Shown piece after piece: positions 50,879 through 56,508 of a stretch of 56,508 bases of DNA (position 1 is its first letter; every line of letters begins with the position of its first letter). Location: the NCBI RefSeq assembly GCF_001186125.1, contig NW_014040216.1, forward strand, positions 1 to 56,508, read 5' to 3'. The notes beneath the pieces were generated by a model. It saw only the letters and a program-made list of their open reading frames with translations, was not told the DNA's origin and searched no databases. The DNA comes from Sphaeroforma arctica JP610 (taxonomy: Eukaryota). The translations under genes and the position numbers were made by a program.

Positions 50879-52130
50879 CACACACACACACACACGACAC
50901 ACACACACACACACACACACAGACTTACCCGTGCAATCGACGATAAGTGACACCTCAGGATACGTTTCCGCAAAGCAGGTGAGTTTTAGTGTATCCACAA
51001 TTTCTTTGGCGAATAGATTGATTGGATCATTGGAAGGGTGTCGGAAGGATGCGTATAGAAATTTGTTGACATCATTAATTATATTTGACACTGTTTGACT
51101 ACAAGCCAAACAGATGCATCACAATCGCTTCATCTAAACCATGTCTCACACGAGTAAATCAAAGAAGTACTGCGTCCTTAAAATCCATACTCTGACGTCC
51201 GGGCTTATATCTCCCTCCTCACTCTTCCAGCCTTCTTAAGAAAATGCTAAACTTCCCGAAGGACTGGAAAGCGGACAAGAACCGAGTTCGCTCTTCCTCA
51301 TGGCATATATAATTGTACGACAACTTGAATACGCGAGTATCCTTCATCATTCATGCGAAGTCGTGGTTCTTATGCTGCAGTTTTTCGATTTCATCTTTTT
51401 GCAGCGATAGCTCAAAAGATTCATTCATCTGTCTTTGCGTTTCTAGCATAGACGTCTGTTCTTTTTCTCTCTGTGCATCTTGAAGTTTCTGGTTTATTTT
51501 TTCTAACTTCAGTTTTGCATCAGCTAGGCTATGTATTACTTTCTGTGTCGCTGCCACTTGCGTATTCAGTTGTACTTTCAGTTCTTTGTTTTCCTTTTGT
51601 AATGCGGCGATCTCGGTATTAGGGTTGGTCTTCTTGTGACACCGTTCTGAGTGATAGTTAACTTGCGGCTGCTCTCGCAGTGCATGACGCTTGCTTCCCC
51701 TCACCAAGGAGAAACCAATACTCTCTTGGAGTTCAGTGGCTATATCAGCTTGTAGAATCAATGTTTGAATTTGCAATGCATACTGTTCCTTCTCAGATGC
51801 CTCCTTATCTACAGCTTCCTTTCTTTTGTACTGCCCTTCTGTCATTGCAGCATCTGGCTTGAGGTTGATGTACTTATTAACTGAAAATATACTTCAGATC
51901 TATATGCTTGCGACAACACTTGTGACCCTTGTTTATTTCAGTCACTACCCTCTCTCCAAGTTGTGGATCGTCTTTATCGAGTCTACCCAACATAATCATC
52001 CACTGCTCAAACACTTTAAATGTCCACTGTTGGAATGCGAACAGCGGGATTGTATCTATCTATGATATTATTGTAGTATTCCGCTACAGACCCGCCCATA
52101 CTGACGAAATATGCCTTTCAATTGTACACC
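50304..52130 (-). pseudogene. ISL2EU/Harbinger-type transposase: THAP-like, coiled coil, HTH, DDE (DDE_Tnp_4-like); one intron 50764..50928
   Basis: THAP-like LFAF...W...LGR...KCCRKHI...LKPDAA; HTH FTRVRHGLDEAIVMHLFG..QTVSNII; LIVDCT|DFFIKTP, QYKHHNT.KVLVG, YPGRISD, GDKSFHIRDLL, NMPPML, IASSKIYIERVNARAK. Confidence 0.88.
50836..50921. repeat. (CA)n microsatellite inside the transposase intron
   Basis: Directly visible. Confidence 0.95.
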
Positions 52131-52809
52131 GGCACTACAATTAGCTAAAATAATATAATATGTCTATGGCACTTCGACTGCCTACCACAAAGCTACATAG
52201 CAGACGCTATGAGGGGCTGGGCTGCACACGTCCACATATGCACATTTATGCAAGGATTGTAAGATTTGAACAGATAACAAACAAAAAACAAAACGTGCTT
52301 GTCCCCAATTTCGGAGTAAAGTAGCTAAAAGAAAGTATTTTTTATAGGTCTATTGTGCAATCCAAACGATCAAGCCATCTTTTTCTCTCTCTTGTAAATA
52401 GTAAGGCTATGAAGCGATTTTTATTTTTAATAATATTCAGAAGTATGGATCACAGCCCTAAATTGAACAAGGCTATGTATGGATCCACGAATTCACAGGT
52501 TTTTTATGGAACATTGGCTCCCTCTCTTAGTCTGAAGCGTTGTATTCTATTTCAGGTGATAGGTGTAGATTATGTACCGAAAACTGATACTTGACTGTTG
52601 TATCGGTATTCTTTTTTTTTGCGAAGTGTACACGCTTAATAGTTCGGTACTTGGACCAAAGTTGCCTTACGTGGGCCCATAAATATCGAACCTACCTTTG
52701 CGAAGGGGCCGGATGCGGTTTTGGACACGGGCTTGGGCGTTTTAACAAAAAAATATACAAAAATAAACTAAATAAATAAATAAAAGTTACAACTTTTAAC
52801 TTTACGCAA

Positions 52810-53065
52810 GGTTAGGTGGAGTGTGGAGAGTTGGAGACTGCTGGAGAGTGGAGACTGGAGAGTTGGAGACTGAGACTGCTGCCTGCTGGAGGTGGTCTGG
52901 TGGGGAGAACAGAACTGGCGTCTGGTCACTGGTGGCGAGTGGCAAGTTAGGCAACAGGCGAGTGGCGAGTGGCGACTGACGAGTGGTGACTGGCGAGTGC
53001 CGACGTTGGCGAGTGAGGTGAGAGGACTGAGGAGACTGATGGCAGTGATGAGTGGCGGGGAGTAG
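52810..53065. repeat. G/A-rich degenerate short repeats (ggagact, ggcgagt)
   Basis: Directly visible. Confidence 0.7.
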
Positions 53066-54084
53066 TGTTGTGGACATTTGATTTTTGATTTTTGTATTCT
53101 CATTCATCTGATACTATTTTACTATTTTATTTTATCTTTTAGTTTTTTTCTTATCATAAATAATCAGTTTCTCTATCAGAACAAGAAGTGAAAACACGCC
53201 ATTTTATTCTTTACTCTATAGAGTCAAAAGTCCTGCGTCCTTGACAGTGTTATAGTCTCGTGCGATAAAAAATAAATAAATTTGTACTGGTTATTATACT
53301 GTTTGTCGTCTCATTTGCTGGGTTGATAAACGACGCCGACATTTCGCCAAAAGAGTGAAACGACATGTCAATGATGTCCCACTGTCCTACAACATTTCGA
53401 AACAACATTTTTGTAGGACGCGACATGATGTCGTCCGCGGTCCCGCTCTCTCTCTCATCCCTAACATAGCCCTCTAAATTGAACATCACTGAGTACAGTA
53501 AATAAATATTTATAAAATAAAAAAATATCTCAAGCATGTACAAATGTACAGTTTTGTTATGTTTTTAAAATTATTGAAAGATTGTACGCTTGTGTTTTGG
53601 CCCTACATACAGTATAAATAATTTATATTTTTCCTAGTAATCAGGTACAATTTTACTTTTTGGACAAGAATTCTTAAAAACAAAAACTCTTGAAATAGGA
53701 TACGATTACCCGATGAGAATCGAGAAACATTTTTTTTCAGGAAGGTGACGACTCGTTACTATTTGTCCGCGCCAGGGATTTTGTACCAGAGTTTGGTCAA
53801 ATTGCTTTTAATGACAATTCGAAAATTTTCAGTACAAATTGATGTAATAACTGATGACTCGTCTTTATTGGGCCTGGGACTGGTGTTTTTTATATAGATT
53901 GACTTTATTTACTTCAACCAATCAATCATGTTTAAAAATATTGTGAATTTGTACATATGTAGCTCGATTCACATTATATATATTTTTAAAATAGGGAGTG
54001 TGCAGACTGCAGGACTTTGTCTATACGACACCCGTCACTATTTTTTTTAATAGGACACCTTTCACACCTATATATGCTCTTCAC

Positions 54085-54156
54085 AAATTCAGTGGGTGCA
54101 ATCTTCAGGTCAGTGAGAATAAATTCAGTGGGTGCAATCTTCAGGTCAGTGAGAAT
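54085..54156. repeat. Exact 36-bp tandem duplication
   Basis: aaattcagtgggtgcaatcttcaggtcagtgagaat x2. Confidence 0.95.
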
Positions 54157-55152
54157 ATATATTTTACCCTGTTTTTTTGGCGCAAAGCTGCCAATTGCCA
54201 ACTGTCAAGTGTCAGGTTGAGCGATATACAATTTCTAGTTGGCTACTATGCTTTTCTTGGTCCAAGTTTTAGTTTTAGGACAACTTTTCAAGTGCAAACT
54301 TGAAAATTATGTATAAATTATTTTGTTCCAAATATAAGTTACAACTCTTTTAAATATTTTGCCCCAAATAGAAGTTTAAATTTAAAAAAAAAATAAAAGC
54401 TGTTTATATTTTACAAATATATTTCAAAAAGCAACAGTCAAAGGTTGTGCGCTTATACAGTGGCGGACTGACGTCTGACGGTGAGTGACCCCATAACTAT
54501 GAGGTTTCGGCTCTCCAGGCTCCACTCTTGTGGTCGCCAGTTCTCCACCCGCGGCCATTAGTCCGCCGTAGTGGCCTACTGGGCCACCGGCCACCGTCCA
54601 CCGACTCACCGAGTTGTATTTATATCTATTGTCCTAATTTGTTTTAAAACAAAAGCAACAACTTTTGTGTCTTTTTCAGTCCGACATTTTACTTGACTCG
54701 GTATTGAGAGTATTTACTACTCGATAAACTAGTAACGCGTGGTTCTCATTACTATGGAGTAAAATTTTAACCTTTAAAAAAATAGCATCTATGTATTCCA
54801 TATTCTACGATAATGTGAATAGTGCAGAATCCCGGATGACAGTGCTTAGAGTCGAATACGTAAAGGACACACACTCTCTCTCTTGTAAATAAAGCTATAT
54901 GTCGACCACAGTAGTCAGTAACTCAGTACTCTCGGTAGTGAGTTCTGAGTAGGCTATTTAGAATACATTTCGATTTTGGGGTTTTTAAAATTGTTTTTGT
55001 TTAAAAAAAGTGTCAGGTTATGGGTTTAGTTTTTTTGTATAACTTAAAAAAAATGAACAAATACATAGCCTCCTAAATACAACAAAATATTCTATAAAAA
55101 AACCATATATCTTTTCGGTACATTTATAATTTTAAAAATATATATTGTACGA

Positions 55153-55312
55153 ATACTACAATTCACATTCTATGTGAACAATATATGAGATTACACCACT
55201 ACAAGCCCTGCGTATTCAGATGCGTGGCTGATATACTACAATTCACATTCTATGTGAACAATATATGAGATTACACCACTACGAGCCCTGCGTATTCAGA
55301 TGCGTGGCTGAT
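55153..55312. repeat. 80-bp tandem duplication
   Basis: atactacaattcacattc...gcgtggctgat occurs at 55153 and 55233, with one mismatch. Confidence 0.95.
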
Positions 55313-55454
55313 GTAGGGGTTGTATCACCGTTGTGTCTAGATTTGATTTGCGCCAAGGACATCTCAAGGCCGCTGGAGATGGCTGTGTTAGAATGTACTG
55401 TATGGTAATACGCTACTCACATTTTAGGATCATATTTACTGGTAATATATAATC

Positions 55455-56234
55455 ATGAGTGTACACGATGCGCAATCTCACATGCGCCCTATCTCGCCAA
55501 GGAATCCTGAAGCGTCTCCGGCAGATAACGAGGGCATGTCTATGAACTGGACAGAAGATGCGTCTCGGGACAGTTTAGCAGGTTTAGGGCTTAATATGAC
55601 GCATAGGGGCACTGACCTAGAGCTTCCTTCGCTGAATTCGTATGTATCCAGCACAAATGGGCGAGGGAGTGGCTTGTTTGGGCCGGAATTAACACAACAG
55701 GCCAACGATTTTAAGCTTAGTAAGGGACTTCACAGTGGCAGTCATGATAGTTTAGGCTCTTACAATGGTATTTGGGGCGAAAAGAGTAATCAGCCGATGA
55801 TGAGGACCAACAGCAGTTCAGCTATGCTCGGTTCTCTCAGAGTTCAAAGTAACGACATTATTATGGGTGGCGTAGGTGCAGGCATGGATTTAGACTTGGG
55901 CATGAGAATGGGTGTAGGCATGGGCATGGGTATGGGCATGGGTATGGGCATGGGTATGAATATTAGTGATCTGGGTCTGGGCCTGGGCTCAGGCACAGAT
56001 TTAAACTCGAATCTGAACTCGGACATGGACACAGGCATGGGCACGAAAACAAACTCCTGCGATGATATAAGTAGACAATCACGAAGTGCTAGTATTGGCC
56101 TTAGCCCTTACTCACCAGACGCCATGAGAATGGCGAATTTGAGCCTTGGCCTTGATTCACTGGGCATGAATGTAGATATGTGCGACTCTTTGCTGGGCGG
56201 AGAGTTGGGGGCGATGCTGACCGAGAATACTGAG
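55455..56234 (+). CDS. First (or an early) exon of an unknown Gly/Met/Ser-rich low-complexity protein; the gene continues beyond the window
   Basis: Long GC-richer ORF with (GM)n composition like TADA1 exon 4; donor gag|gtatgg at ~56235, followed by an intronic microsatellite. Confidence 0.65.
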
Positions 56235-56319
56235 GTATGGGAATGTACCTATTCACCTTGAACCGCAATCCACACACAACTAACCACCCTCTCACTCACT
56301 CTCTCTCACTCACAAATAC

Positions 56320-56324
56320 AACAC

Positions 56325-56374
<50 letters not shown>

Positions 56375-56412
56375 TATATATATATATATATAAATATACA
56401 TACATACATACT

Positions 56413-56443
<31 letters not shown>

Positions 56444-56508
56444 CGTTGTGTTTGGGTGTGCGTGTGTTTTGTATATATAACCATATAAGCATGTATGCAT
56501 GTATGCAT
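56320..56508. repeat. (CA)n/(TA)n microsatellite
   Basis: Directly visible. Confidence 0.9.

Larger units (their letters stand above)
47701..52325. mobile_element. ISL2EU-like (PIF/Harbinger group) DNA transposon, ~4.6 kb, with two convergent decayed genes and degenerate TIRs
   Basis: Left end gggttttaactggcgaaattttagggaccagcacgttg vs reverse complement of right end gctactttactccgaaattggggacaagcacgttt; TA on both flanks. Encloses the nuclease and transposase genes. Confidence 0.78.

Overview
Intron-rich eukaryotic DNA with (CA)/(TA) microsatellites and one 20-N gap. Gene content and style suggest a unicellular holozoan, possibly an ichthyosporean such as Sphaeroforma (inference only). The first ~21 kb holds four host genes: a SAGA Ada1/TADA1-like gene, a single-exon BTG/Tob gene, a probably mitochondrial cysteinyl-tRNA synthetase, and proteasome beta-6 (PSMB1), which lies head-to-head with the synthetase. 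From ~23.7 to ~52.3 kb lies a nested transposon graveyard: two decayed copia elements, several gypsy remnants and LTRs, a DIRS-like methyltransferase + tyrosine recombinase remnant, and an ISL2EU-like (PIF/Harbinger group) DNA transposon. The window ends in the first exon of an unknown low-complexity protein gene. The most unusual observations are: (1) the ISL2EU-like transposon carries an EXO1/XPG-type nuclease fused to a SWIM finger instead of the usual YqaJ exonuclease; (2) a copia polyprotein carries a DIRS-type DNA adenine methyltransferase-like domain between protease and integrase; (3) a 174-bp palindromic mini-element is built from LTR ends. All family calls come from manual motif recognition, not database searches.
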